Shown in pieces: positions 21,189 to 31,990 of a DNA stretch of 64,000 bases. The notes under the pieces are model-generated. The model had not been told where the DNA came from and did not search any database. It saw only the letters and a list, made by a program, of their open reading frames with translations. A program made the position numbers and the translations under genes. This DNA is from Candidatus Poribacteria bacterium (lineage in GTDB: Bacteria; Poribacteria; WGA-4E; WGA-3G): NCBI GenBank assembly GCA_964291315.2, contig OZ219753.1, positions 1 through 64,000 of the forward strand, in the 5' to 3' direction. The stretch's first letter is position 1. Each line of letters opens with the position of its first letter.

Positions 21189-22118
21189 TTATAGATCGGT
21201 TTTCAGGCTTCCCACGAGTTCTTTAATGGACTTCATATCCGCCCGCTTGAGATAGGCATGAATGCCTTTTGCTACTGCTATCGATGTGTGTGGGTCGACG
21301 AAGTTGGCTGTCCCTATCGCTACAGCAGATGCCCCGGCGATGAGGAATTCCACAGCATCGGTTGCTGTCATAATACCGCCCATCCCGATGACCGGAATAG
21401 AAACGTTTTTGTAGACTTCCCAGACCAATCGCAGTGCCACCGGTTTGATCGCGGGCCCAGAGAGCCCCGCTGTGACGTTTGCGAGCTCAGGTGTCCGCGT
21501 TTCTGCGTTAATTGCCATACCGAGGAGCGTGTTGATAGCAGAGAGGGCATTCGCACCAGCTTCCTCGACAGCACGCGCAATTACGGAAATATCTGTGACA
21601 TTCGGAGAGAGCTTCACCAAGAGCGGCAGACTAGTTATGGATCTCACTTCTTTAACGAGCTGGTGTGCCAAGGTCGCATCAACACCGAAACTCATCCCCC
21701 CACAATCTAAGTTTGGGCAAGAGATGTTGAGTTCCACACCAGCGATACCCGCTGCCATGTTTAGTTTCTCAATCACTATTAGGTATTCTTCGACCGTTTT
21801 GCCACAGACATTGACAATCACTGGCACGTCAAAGTCGCGGAGGTAGGGTAATTTTTCTGAAATGAAGCCGTCTACACCGACGTTTTGGAGCCCAATAGCG
21901 TTGAGCATGCCAGATGGCGTTTCCATGATACGCTGCATCGGATTGCCGGGCCACGGCACGCTTGTAACGCCTTTGACCACGACTGCGCCGAGCTGGTTCA
22001 GGTCTACAAAGTCGGCATATTCACTGCCGTAGCCGAAGGTGCCAGATGCCGTCATGACAGGATTCCTCATCCGGATCCCGCCGATGTTTACGTTGAGTGC
22101 CGTTTCTGTTCTCCCCAT
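21189..22118 (-). CDS. pyrD: Dihydroorotate dehydrogenase, class 1B catalytic subunit
   Basis: Motifs NPVMTASGTFG, ELNISCPN, VKLSPNV and GLSGPAIKP. Confidence 0.95.
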   Translation of the reverse strand: MGRTETALNVNIGGIRMRNPVMTASGTFGYGSEYADFVDLNQLGAVVVKGVTSVPWPGNPMQRIMETPSGMLNAIGLQNVGVDGFISEKLPYLRDFDVPVIVNVCGKTVEEYLIVIEKLNMAAGIAGVELNISCPNLDCGGMSFGVDATLAHQLVKEVRSITSLPLLVKLSPNVTDISVIARAVEEAGANALSAINTLLGMAINAETRTPELANVTAGLSGPAIKPVALRLVWEVYKNVSIPVIGMGGIMTATDAVEFLIAGASAVAIGTANFVDPHTSIAVAKGIHAYLKRADMKSIKELVGSLKTDL

Positions 22119-22549
22119 AAACGTTAATGATACCTATCTCTTTTGGAAAAGTCAACTATTTTGTCAAATTAGACAGAACGCTTGATCAGAAGCCGCCCGT
22201 GGACCTAATTATCATATTCAACCCTTGCACAATCGATCCGGGATATATACCGGAGCGAGTCCGATATCCCACAAAGCGGTTTCAAGTAAATGTCTCAGCG
22301 TTACTGTCCATCTCCATGCGGATGTTAACCTTTTTCTCAAAGAAATCGCCCCTTTGTGACCACAAAACGAGTCACAGTGAAGAAGCAATCTCCACGCCAT
22401 ATGCCCGGAGGTCTTTACACAACGAATTCACGGCAAGAAATATCTCGCTGTGCTACTGAATAGTTGGTATTTGTTTGTGTTACTAGGTGTCGATTTCTAT
22501 TAATACATGCGGTATGATACACAGAGGTTTATCGGAAAGGAGAGTCACG

Positions 22550-24211
22550 ATGAAATGTGTTGGTAAATTTTTCCTCGCCCTCTTTGCTTTTGCGGTCATT
22601 TTTTCCTGTGCGAAATCCCCTCAACAACACCCTTCCTTTCAAGACGGGGAGCCCCGGCAAAATATCCAACTACACCCACACTACGAAATGCCACGCGGCA
22701 GTGCCATAGGCCCAGCAATTTCTCTGGGCATAGCCGAGGGCGTAGACACAGAAAAAATTAGGAGGTCCACAGTGCGCGTGGTCCATGGCGAAGAGGCTGC
22801 AAGAAACGTCAGCAGCGGTTTTTTCGTGGCACCGGACCAGATTGCAACGAATATCCACGTCGTCGCTGGCGTTGATCCGCACACCTTATACGCCAAAAGC
22901 ACAGATACACGCCATGCTATTCAAGGAGTCATCGCTTATGATACCAAAAACGACCTTGTCCTCCTCAAAGTCTCAGGTCAAGGCACACCGCTACCGTTCG
23001 GCGACAGCGATGCCCTCGCAAGCGGCGATACCGTGTTTTCTGTCGGATACCCTATTGACAGATTCAACGTCATGAAGACTCACATGGAGTCCGTCCTAGA
23101 GAACCAGCCCGGCTTCCAACTGACTCCTGAACTTCTTCCGGGCACCAGCGGGGGACCTGTGCTCAATACCCAAGGCACCGTCATTGGAATCAATCATTCC
23201 GGTAGCGGCCCTTACGGATATGCTATTCCAGCGAGTACCCTCAAAGCACTCTTAGATCGGTCGGGTTCCGTTGAACCTTTAGCAGACTGGCAAAATAGGG
23301 GGTCTGTCCGCGCCTATGCTTACCTCGCTGAGGCACAGCAGGCACTCTATGCAGGTGAACTTGTCAACGCCCACGCAGCACTCAACAAAATGATTGCATT
23401 AAACCCGGTGGCCTCTCTCAGTCTGTCCATCGCATACACCAACCGCGGAGCTGTGAAAACCCAGCTCGGACACATGTGTTTTTTTGAGGGCGACATCCGT
23501 AAAGCCCGCGGCTACTATCACGATGCTCTTCACGACTTCCAGAAGGCCATACACCAAAACCCCGAAGATTTTTCTGTCTATGGCCATCGCGGGTATGCCA
23601 CAACTCTGCTCGGACACACCTATTTCTTCGAAGGCGACATCTCTAAAGCCCGGGGTTACTATCACGATGCCCTCCAAGAGTTCCAGAAGGCCATACACCG
23701 AAAAACAACGCACCTTGTCTATGCCGACCATGGTTTGGCCTTAGTCGCCTGGGCCATCTCCGTAACCTATCAAGGGCACCCAGCCAAAGCCCAAGACGCA
23801 TATCACGATGCTCTCCAAGACTTCCAGAAGGCCACACATCAAAACCCTGAAGATGCCGCATCCTACGCCAACCAGGCGTACACCCGATTGTGTCTAGCGA
23901 ATTTTCAAAACCGTACCGGAAGGGCAGATACCGCCCAAACCTTATACACAGCCGCCATAACCGATAGTAATGCAGCTATCCAGTATGACCCAGAAAATCC
24001 TTACTATTATCACATCCACGGCGTTGCAAAAGCAGCACTCGCTGACTACAACGGAGCGATTGAGGATTTCAATAAGACCCTCAGCCTGAAATCCGACTTC
24101 ACCAGAGCCTACTACAATCGTGCCCTCGTGAAGGTGAGGCTTGGACAGCACGATGCTGCACAGATAGATTTTCAAAAGGCAAGAGAACTCGGTCTGGATG
24201 TGGAGAAATAA
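22550..24211 (+). CDS. Trypsin-like serine protease + TPR repeats (probable lipoprotein)
   Basis: Catalytic triad TNIHVV / DLVLL / GTSGGP; lipobox-like IFSC; near-duplicated TPR units at DNA level; RBS AAGGAG. Confidence 0.88.
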   Translation: MKCVGKFFLALFAFAVIFSCAKSPQQHPSFQDGEPRQNIQLHPHYEMPRGSAIGPAISLGIAEGVDTEKIRRSTVRVVHGEEAARNVSSGFFVAPDQIATNIHVVAGVDPHTLYAKSTDTRHAIQGVIAYDTKNDLVLLKVSGQGTPLPFGDSDALASGDTVFSVGYPIDRFNVMKTHMESVLENQPGFQLTPELLPGTSGGPVLNTQGTVIGINHSGSGPYGYAIPASTLKALLDRSGSVEPLADWQNRGSVRAYAYLAEAQQALYAGELVNAHAALNKMIALNPVASLSLSIAYTNRGAVKTQLGHMCFFEGDIRKARGYYHDALHDFQKAIHQNPEDFSVYGHRGYATTLLGHTYFFEGDISKARGYYHDALQEFQKAIHRKTTHLVYADHGLALVAWAISVTYQGHPAKAQDAYHDALQDFQKATHQNPEDAASYANQAYTRLCLANFQNRTGRADTAQTLYTAAITDSNAAIQYDPENPYYYHIHGVAKAALADYNGAIEDFNKTLSLKSDFTRAYYNRALVKVRLGQHDAAQIDFQKARELGLDVEK

Positions 24212-24315
24212 ATCCCGTGTCTGCAAGCCTCAAACAGGAACCCCATCCCTGGCACCTCAACGCGCTCAGCCTGTCTGATGCCGCATTCTTCCGCTCTGGG
24301 TTTTCAGCCGTGTTT

Positions 24316-25224
24316 CTACCTACGTAAGGCTTGCATGAAGGCTTCGAGGCTCTCGGATTGCGGCACTGTGAGTAGCAATTGCTTCAGGGCTTGCAGGTCG
24401 TCTATCGCTTCGAGCGTAGGCTTTAAAGCCTCAACTGCGTCGGTGTTGAATTGCGTTCCGAGCAATGCGATGATGTTTTCAATAGTGCCTCTTCTCTCGC
24501 CTTGTTCTATGCCTTGTTCTATGCCTTGTTCTATGCCTTGTTTGCGAGCTTCTTGAATGTAGTGTTGAAAAAAAGGAGATTCTTGCATGATGCCCTCCGG
24601 TAAAAGCTGTTTGATAAGTTGAGGTTCGTGAATCAAGCCACCAAAAACGCCTAACGCTGCCAATAACGTCGCACGCGTCTGCCGATCCGTGTGAGCCGAT
24701 GCTGTCACATCAACGCATCTTTCTAACCAACGCCCCGGACTTACGCCCTCCGGCGGTCGCATCAACGGCGTAAACGGCAGGAGCCCAGGGCTCTGAGCCG
24801 CCAAAACCGAGGCTCCATCTATCTCCATCAACCTGATGACTTTGTAGCGCAATCTGTATTCGTAGCCGGGGCCCTCATAGGCATAGTATCCGTTATCATT
24901 TCGCCCTGCTCTCGGATGTAAATAAAGAACGTTGGAATAGACGGGTAATTCATATAAGTTGGTAAGAAAGCCGTTGTATCCCGCCATGCGGTATCCCATC
25001 GGTTTTCTGCTGTTATCCGTTTGCACCTCTGTATGGAGGACTACTGTTTGGTTGTTGATCTGGACTTTCAGTGTGCTATCATTGCGATGTGTTTTGAGCG
25101 TAGGTTGTTCAGTCTCGAGTTTCTCGAGGACGGTAATATCTGCGTTTCCTGTCACGAAGGCTGCGAATTCTTGCGAGTATTGAAGGATGAGATATTTTGC
25201 TGCGTTGTCGTAGGCTTGTGGCAT
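24316..25224 (-). CDS. Rpn/YhgA-like PD-(D/E)xK nuclease-family protein
   Basis: YDNAAKYL...DSTL...LHTEVQT, GLLPFTPLM and a C-terminal (GIEQ)3 repeat. TATAAT lies 6 nt before the ATG, suggesting a leaderless mRNA. Confidence 0.85.
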   Translation of the reverse strand: MPQAYDNAAKYLILQYSQEFAAFVTGNADITVLEKLETEQPTLKTHRNDSTLKVQINNQTVVLHTEVQTDNSRKPMGYRMAGYNGFLTNLYELPVYSNVLYLHPRAGRNDNGYYAYEGPGYEYRLRYKVIRLMEIDGASVLAAQSPGLLPFTPLMRPPEGVSPGRWLERCVDVTASAHTDRQTRATLLAALGVFGGLIHEPQLIKQLLPEGIMQESPFFQHYIQEARKQGIEQGIEQGIEQGERRGTIENIIALLGTQFNTDAVEALKPTLEAIDDLQALKQLLLTVPQSESLEAFMQALRR

Positions 25225-25277
25225 GTTGTTATTATAGCCTGAAAAGTGGAGAGATGCCAATTAATTTTCAAGGTTGA

Positions 25278-25399
25278 TTAGGTCTCGGTTTCCAAGGATC
25301 CGGTGAGTTGTGTAATTGCCTTTGAGGTAGGCATGAATCCCGTCATGACAGGATTCCGCATCCGGATCCCGCCGATGTTTACACTGAGTTTTGAGACAT
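25278..25399 (-). pseudogene. Internally deleted pyrD relic
   Basis: Encodes LSVNIGGIRMRNPVMT joined to ...ITQLTGSLETET*, matching the N- and C-termini of pyrD at 21189-22118. Confidence 0.85.
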
Positions 25400-25464
25400 T
25401 AATAAAAAAATAACCTATTGTGTCGGAATTCGCCCGAAATTTACGTGATTGTATATAGAGGCAG

Positions 25465-26291
25465 ATGACATTGCCTCTATATATGAATGAAGGCGCAAAT
25501 AGGGTGTGTAGCGACGTTAATTTAAATCGGCAATTCTTGGAAATTGATGACGAAGAAAAGGCCTATAAACTCCTCTTTGATAGATATTACAGGACCGTCC
25601 TTAACTACGTTACCAAGATGATGTGGGATCATCCGGATCCCGCCATAGGTGCCGAGGATATTGCAAGCGAAACGTTGATTATAGCCCTCAATAAAAGGAA
25701 GGAAATCCAAAAACCCGAAAGGTTGGTAGGATGGTTACTAACCGTCGCGAGGAACCGGGTGATTGATAGCATAAGAACCTCGGAAAGACGAACGAGACCC
25801 CTATCAACTCAATCGCTTGACAACCTTTCTGTTGAAGAAAAAGAGCTGCCTTTCGCATCTACCCTCGCGGAAGCCGACGCTGCAGAGGCTGAAACGAGAC
25901 AGTATCTGATGATGCGGGTCTTCAGGCTGCTGCCAGAGCGGGACAGAGAGATCGTAGAGCTTAGACTTGACGAGCTTTCGCCCAAAGAGATAGCGGCAGC
26001 GATAGACTCCACCGCTGGGGCAGTTCAGAAAAGATGGGGACGGCTGATTGCATGGCTGGGGCCTGTCGAGTCCACTTAGATGCCTTGATAGCGTGTCTAC
26101 CGGCGGCTGCCGATAGGAAGGTTATGGAGCGGTATTTTGATGGGCAACCTCTATCTGAGATTGCGAAAGCAGTCGGTATCTCGTGTTCTGCGGTTGATAG
26201 GCGGGTGAAGCGTGTGATAACGGCTTGGAAGAAAGCCGCGAAGCAAAACCCTACAGACCCCGTATCAGCGATGGTAGATAACGAGAGCTGA
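25465..26291 (+). pseudogene. ECF sigma factor with a duplicated region-4 HTH, frameshifted near 26065
   Basis: sigma2: AEDIASETL...GWLLTVARNRVID. sigma4: LPERDREIVEL...KEIA. A second sigma4 (LPAAADRKVM...SEIAKAVG) lies in another frame. Confidence 0.8.
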
Positions 26292-26311
26292 CCTCTAGTT
26301 TTAATTTTCAC

Positions 26312-26340
26312 TTGACAGGATTTCAAACTGGAGCTAACAT
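26312..26340 (+). promoter_or_regulatory. Repeated cassette promoter, copy 1
   Basis: TTGACA-17 bp-TAACAT; homologous to the copies at 31846 and 32578. Confidence 0.65.
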
Positions 26341-26583
26341 TGTTAGAATATTTGATGTACACTTTCAAGGGTTTCTCCTTATTTTTGAAGTTCTGTCATT
26401 TCAGACGAGATGCTGTTATATCTAGCTAGTAGTTTCCAAAGGCTGTCTCCCAAGTTAGATGCATGTTGTGAAACGATTAGGTTATTAGCAACTTATACAA
26501 AATACAGAGGGTTGCCAAGGAGAGCAAAACATTTTACCGTTTGCTTTTCCACAGCGATCCTGATAAAAATATAGGAGAACGTT

Positions 26584-26967
26584 ATGTTTTTACAGCAAAC
26601 GATGGGTCCTTGGTTCGCCATTCAACGCGCGAGTCAAGTTACGATGATTTTATTGGCATTTGCGATGCTGATTCTTCCGATATTACATAGTCCAAAAGAT
26701 GCCGATGCTGAGGTTACTAGTACAGGGCTTGTGGTCGCGGGGCTCGTGATCGCCGGAATCGGGGTTGCCGTCGCGTGGATAACTGGACAAGATCCTAAAT
26801 GTAATACTTGTGGTGAGAAAGCCGGTTCACCTGACTCACATCGGTCTGTCCACGATCCCTGTGGAACCGGTTATTGGACTTGTGATGCAGATTCTCACCG
26901 ATGTACTTGTAGCACCTGTGGTAGGCGGCAATGGTGCTGCGATCCGCATGACCATTCCAGCTCTTAA
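26584..26967 (+). CDS. Small secreted or membrane Cys/His-rich protein (A0)
   Basis: Signal peptide ending ADA, a Gly-rich TM helix, then CxxC...H...C.GYWTC...H.C.CxxC...WCC..H; RBS AGGAG. Confidence 0.75.
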   Translation: MFLQQTMGPWFAIQRASQVTMILLAFAMLILPILHSPKDADAEVTSTGLVVAGLVIAGIGVAVAWITGQDPKCNTCGEKAGSPDSHRSVHDPCGTGYWTCDADSHRCTCSTCGRRQWCCDPHDHSSS

Positions 26968-26982
26968 ATAATAGTACCCCTC

Positions 26983-27282
26983 ATGGAAACACACATTCAT
27001 CCCCAGAAGAGAAGAACATGGATGCTTACCTCACCAGCATACTTTGTACTTTTCGCTGCTGTTTTGGTTGTAGGAATATACATCCTCAATAAAGATGATC
27101 CTTGTAGAGGTTGTGATAGGCGCGTGTCTACCCCCGATGCACATTGGAGTGTTGACACTTCTGGCAGTGGTGGATGGAGCTGTTCTCCGCAGAGGCGAGA
27201 TACGAAATGGACTCAAGATAAGGGGACAGTTCAAAACATGTCCCCTCAACCGGCTAAAGTGCCTCTCATTATTGACAGATAG
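26983..27282 (+). CDS. Small TM + CxxC/H/C protein (B0)
   Basis: TM helix then CRGC...H...WSC; paralog of 33220-33513. Confidence 0.7.
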   Translation: METHIHPQKRRTWMLTSPAYFVLFAAVLVVGIYILNKDDPCRGCDRRVSTPDAHWSVDTSGSGGWSCSPQRRDTKWTQDKGTVQNMSPQPAKVPLIIDR

Positions 27283-27320
27283 AAGTTTTGCGAAACATTT
27301 TCAACTAGCCATGATGAGGA

Positions 27321-28022
27321 ATGCCCCTGATGATACACTCAAGAAAAATCACGATATTTTGTAGTTTATTTTTACTTATTGGCGGAATTTTGTTCCACTT
27401 CCATCAACAGAAATCTCAAACACATCCTCCAATAAAAATTTACAAGACGGCAATACCTGATGCGAATACAGCTCTCCCCGATCCAATAGACTCTACACAC
27501 GAGATACATAGTAGGACAGAGAATGATCCGACAGATAAAGACTCTGCGGCGGCATTGGCCCGTGATGTTTCTGAGGTTTCCTTAGAAAAGCGAAACTTCA
27601 CAGATGTGGAAACTCAAAATCCCCGGATCCCCGCCCGCTTGCATGAGGAGCCTGTTTCGGTGTCAGAAACATCTGCATCTAACGAAACGCTTCCAAACCA
27701 CCAAGAATGGCTCAACAACCAGATCTTAGAGATCATGGATAGGTGGAATGCAAAATATCCTGATCTTGTAGATATTCCGTACATGTCAAAAGAGGAATTT
27801 TTTGAAGCATATCCTACACGAGAAGAACGAGATAAGTTATTAAAACAGGCACAGCAAGCGGAAGCCGATTTTCTGATCGAACTTCGCGGCTATACAAAAC
27901 AACTTTCTCCTGATGTAAAAGCAGAGGGGATAGCCTTTCTAAAAGACTATTTTACAGGCCTATGGGGAGAGGATGCAGCTGATCAATTGATAGCAAAAAT
28001 TCGCAGAGATTTAGGGCTCTAA
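27321..28022 (+). CDS. Membrane-anchored hypothetical protein
   Basis: N-terminal TM helix, low-complexity linker and helical C-terminal domain. Confidence 0.7.
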   Translation: MPLMIHSRKITIFCSLFLLIGGILFHFHQQKSQTHPPIKIYKTAIPDANTALPDPIDSTHEIHSRTENDPTDKDSAAALARDVSEVSLEKRNFTDVETQNPRIPARLHEEPVSVSETSASNETLPNHQEWLNNQILEIMDRWNAKYPDLVDIPYMSKEEFFEAYPTREERDKLLKQAQQAEADFLIELRGYTKQLSPDVKAEGIAFLKDYFTGLWGEDAADQLIAKIRRDLGL

Positions 28023-28076
28023 TTCTCTTTGTACTTCCCAAGACATCTTGTTAGCATTTTGTCAGTTTGGGGTTTT

Positions 28077-29818
28077 ATGTTTTCAACGAGAGATCGTCTC
28101 TCTACCTATTCAGAACATTTCGTCTGTCTACACAAGCAGCGGGTCGGCTTATTTCTCTGCTTGTGTTTGACGATATTTTTGCTGAGGGTGTTGTCTTTGG
28201 ATGCCCACTGGTCTAGTGATGAGTCCCGTTGGCTACACCGGAGCGCACAGTTCATGTCTGCTGTCAAACAGGGCAATTTTTCTGGAACCCTTATTGCCTA
28301 CCACCCCGGCGTGATAACGATGTGGGTTGCGGGCCTCCGCACTTTTTTTGTAGACCCCGGTGTAGATGTTGAAAACCTCGCTTTTCCCGGTGTTTTATCG
28401 GTCTTGTCGTCTCCACAGGCATCGGCATCGCCTGCCTTTTGATCTACCGTCTCTTAGGGGGGTGGATTGCCCTTGCTAGTTGCGCGACGCTTGTCTTCTC
28501 CCCATTCTTTTTAGCACAGACGCGTCGCGTCCACACCGATGCACTCGCCACGACTTTCATCTTATTGACAGTGCTTCTGTTTTTGAGCTATTGCCAAAAG
28601 AGGTGCCGACATAGATACCTTATCTTTTCAGGTATCGCCTATGGGCTTGCGTTGCTTTCCAAAAGCTACGCCCTGATACTCTTGCCGTGGATCCCTGTGT
28701 GTCTGTTTCTCTTTCGGGAGAGACAGACTAGAAAATTAAAAACAGACATTGTGCAAGGGCTCTGTTTTCTCTTGTGTGCTATGCTCACTGTCCTTGTATT
28801 CTGGCCGGTTTTCTGGACCCCACTTTTCGGGCTCATGGGACTCGGTCTTTTCGGACTCACTTTTCTGCTGTTCCGAGGGATGAAAGCGGCCATGTGTCCG
28901 ATGTGGCTAGTGGCAGTCGCCTTCGCGGCGCTGTCTCTTGTCGGCGTGTGCATAGGACAAACGATAAGCCTCGTTTCGCAGAGCATCAATTGGGCGGTTA
29001 CAACCCCGCATGAAGTGGAGCACTTCTTTCTTGGAAAGGTCGTCAACGATCCTGGTGTATTCTTCTATCCGTTTGTGCTGATGACTAAAAGCACCCCGCT
29101 CATGCTGGCACTTGCACTCGTCTCATGCATCTTGTTATGGAAACACCGGGATGACTCCGAGGCAGGTGAACAACATTTCAAGAGCGGGGTCGCTCTCGTT
29201 ATCGGTGTGGTGTTTTTCACTTTGTGCCTCTCCTTTACAAGTAAAAAGTTCAGTCGGTATCTACTTCCAGTTTTTCCAATGTTAGAAATACTCGCAGCTA
29301 TAGGGTTCGTAGAGGGACTCAAATGGATAAACGCTCGTGTATCGCGCGTTGGAACCGAGTCACCCGCAAAGGACAAAACAGCTTTTGCTATACTCGTTTG
29401 CATCAGTTTCTTTTTTATTCAGATCCTGCCTGTGATAGCACGCCACCCGTATTATGGGACCTATTACAACCCTTGCTGGAAAGTGACCGACATTACCAAG
29501 ATTATTACAGTCGGCGATGCCTCCGGGTTGGATATTGCCGCAAACTACCTGAATCAGAAAACAACAGACAGACCCTTGCGGGTCCAGGTCTCGCCCTTAT
29601 CAAAATATCTTTTTTCGCGCTACTTTATAGGATTAACACGGCCTGCAGGAAGAACAGGAGGCCCCCCTGCTGACTACGAAGTTGTCTATATTAGAGATTC
29701 GCAAATAGGTAGAGTCCCACAAACAGGCACACTCAACGGTGAATTAGAAGCAGTTATCACGCTCAACGGGATTGACTACGTCTGGATTTACCGCATTCCC
29801 AACAAAGAAACCCCATGA
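28077..29818 (+). pseudogene. GT-C (ArnT/PMT-like) membrane glycosyltransferase, frameshifted near 28385
   Basis: WSSDE and YHPG in the first ORF; RRVHTDAL, LALLSK and RYLLP with many TM helices in the second ORF. Confidence 0.75.
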
Positions 29819-30729
29819 AGTTATCACTCGTCATCCCAGCGCTCAACGAAGCCGACTCATTGCCCGACTTATTCCAAAGCATACAGGCAACGGTAAAGGC
29901 ACACCGGTATCCTGCCGAAGTGATCTTTATCAATGATGGCAGCACGGATGACACCGCAGCGGTCTTAGACACGCTCATTGCAGAATCGCCTCTCCCTATT
30001 CATGTCATCCATTTCAGATGCAACCGCGGCAAAGCCGAGGCACTCACCGCAGGCTTTCAAAAAGCATCAGGCGACATTGTTATCACTATGGATGCTGACC
30101 TCCAAGACGACCCCGCAGAAATACCGAGACTTATTGACACCTTGCAAACGAAAAACCTAGATATGGTATCGGGGTGGAAATACCCGCGCAAAGACCCGCT
30201 TGAAAAACGGGCCTTCTCGTTTATTTTTAACCGTGTCACTGCGATGCTGACGGGTGTCAAACTCCATGACATGAATTGCGGTTTTAAGGCGTATCGCTCC
30301 GAAGTAGTCAAATCGCTACACCTCTACGGAGACTTGCATCGGTATATCCCGATCTTGGCGCATGCCGCGGGCTTTTCTGTCGGTGAGGTAAAAGTGAAAC
30401 ACCACGAGCGGCGGTTTGGAACATCGAAATACGGGCTCAAGCGGATACCGAAAGGCTTTTTTGATTTGCTGACTGTGCTGTTTTTGACGAAATACCAAAA
30501 GCGTCCGATGCACTTTTTCGCGGGGATTGGGAGTCTGTTTGTGTTCACAGGGTGTCTCCTTCTTCTCGGGCTCATGGCTTTGTATCTTTTCCCTGTGTGG
30601 AACATCCCCAAAAACCCTATTATCGGTATTGTCGCAGGACACTGCTTCCTCGCGGGGGTTCTGCTGGCAGGCATCGGACTTTTGGGTGAACTGCTCGTGG
30701 TACTTTTCACACAGAAGGATAAAGAATGA
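29815..30729 (+). CDS. GT2 polyprenol-phosphate glycosyltransferase (ArnC/GtrB-like)
   Basis: Motifs IPALNE, INDGSTD, MDADLQDDP, DMNCGFKAYR and LHRYIP; two C-terminal TM helices. Confidence 0.92.
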   Translation: MKLSLVIPALNEADSLPDLFQSIQATVKAHRYPAEVIFINDGSTDDTAAVLDTLIAESPLPIHVIHFRCNRGKAEALTAGFQKASGDIVITMDADLQDDPAEIPRLIDTLQTKNLDMVSGWKYPRKDPLEKRAFSFIFNRVTAMLTGVKLHDMNCGFKAYRSEVVKSLHLYGDLHRYIPILAHAAGFSVGEVKVKHHERRFGTSKYGLKRIPKGFFDLLTVLFLTKYQKRPMHFFAGIGSLFVFTGCLLLLGLMALYLFPVWNIPKNPIIGIVAGHCFLAGVLLAGIGLLGELLVVLFTQKDKE

Positions 30730-31676
30730 AGTCTGTCCGTCAATATGCTGGTTTCCTTCTGGCAGTTATACTCTTATATTTTCTTATAGCGCCTTTTGTA
30801 GAAACACAGTCGCGCCTCAAGGAAGCCCTCTTTGAGATACATTGGGGATGGTTGTTGTGTTCCTTTGGTGTGATTCTTTTTTATTGGACTGTGTATCTCT
30901 ATCCGTTTGCGATACTCCTGAGCCGTTTCATGGAAAAGCCTGTCTCTTTTCGGGATGCCTTTACGCTTTTCCATCTTGCCAACATCACGCGCTATCTTCC
31001 CGGTCGGATCTGGGGCGTTGTGAGACTGCTGTCTTTAAGCGGACAGTTCGGGTTGAGCAAAACCGCGGTCGGCAGTAGCCTGACGCTACACGTTGGCGTG
31101 GAGACCGCACTCGGTGGACTGATTGCGCTGTCCCTGCTGTTTTCAAAACAGATGCAAGACACAGCTGTAGAAGTGCTGAAAACTTTTCAAGGACAAATGG
31201 TGTTTTTGACGCTTGCTATCATAGGGATATTAGCAGGTATCTTCTTATGCATACCCAAACTCACAGGGCACGCCAAAACGTTTCTGAAAACATTCCTTCC
31301 TCACTTAGGAAATATCAGGCTTTGTGGAAACATTCTTTTTACTCATAGTCTCTTGTGGCTCTGTCAAGGGTTCGCCTTTTGTCTCTTTGTTCAAAGTTTC
31401 GAGCCTGTCCCGTGGACGAAGGCCGGTCTCCTGACCGCCTGCTTTGCGTTTGCTTGGTTTGTAGGGTTCTTGAGTTTTCTGACCCCCGGTGGTTTAGGCA
31501 TTCGGGAAGGCCTGTTGGGACTGTTACTAGCGGTCTATATGTCACCCGCACAGGCATCCTTCGCCGCTCTGCTAGGTCGGATGTGGATGCTGTCGGCAGA
31601 GATGATCTTGGCAGGCGTGGCGTTTTTTCTTCACAGGCGTTGTTATAGAAGACAAAATGAGGATCACAACCTCTGA
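30726..31676 (+). CDS. Lysylphosphatidylglycerol-synthase-TM / flippase-like membrane protein
   Basis: Motifs RYLPGRIW and TPGGLGIREG; multiple TM helices. Confidence 0.85.
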   Translation: MKSVRQYAGFLLAVILLYFLIAPFVETQSRLKEALFEIHWGWLLCSFGVILFYWTVYLYPFAILLSRFMEKPVSFRDAFTLFHLANITRYLPGRIWGVVRLLSLSGQFGLSKTAVGSSLTLHVGVETALGGLIALSLLFSKQMQDTAVEVLKTFQGQMVFLTLAIIGILAGIFLCIPKLTGHAKTFLKTFLPHLGNIRLCGNILFTHSLLWLCQGFAFCLFVQSFEPVPWTKAGLLTACFAFAWFVGFLSFLTPGGLGIREGLLGLLLAVYMSPAQASFAALLGRMWMLSAEMILAGVAFFLHRRCYRRQNEDHNL

Positions 31677-31845
31677 TAGCCATCGCGGGAAGACGGAAAA
31701 CGTCGTCTCAAAGGACATAGCTGTGCGCCTCCAAGAATTTCTCGAGCCCTATCTGAATAACCGGAACCTTAGCATTTTCAAATATCTGAGATTACACAAG
31801 CAATCCCTATCTGGTGTTCTGCGGTTGATAGTTAGTTTTAATTTC

Positions 31846-31874
31846 TTGACAAGCTTTCAAACTGGAGCTAATAT
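31846..31874 (+). promoter_or_regulatory. Repeated cassette promoter, copy 2
   Basis: TTGACA-17 bp-TAATAT. Confidence 0.65.
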
Positions 31875-31990
31875 TATTGGCATATTTGATGTATCCTTTT
31901 TATATAGCATACAGAGGATTGCTAAACAAATGCAATACGTTTGTGATCTTACTTTCAGAAAGCAATTTCTGAAAAATAAAGGAGGGCTCC

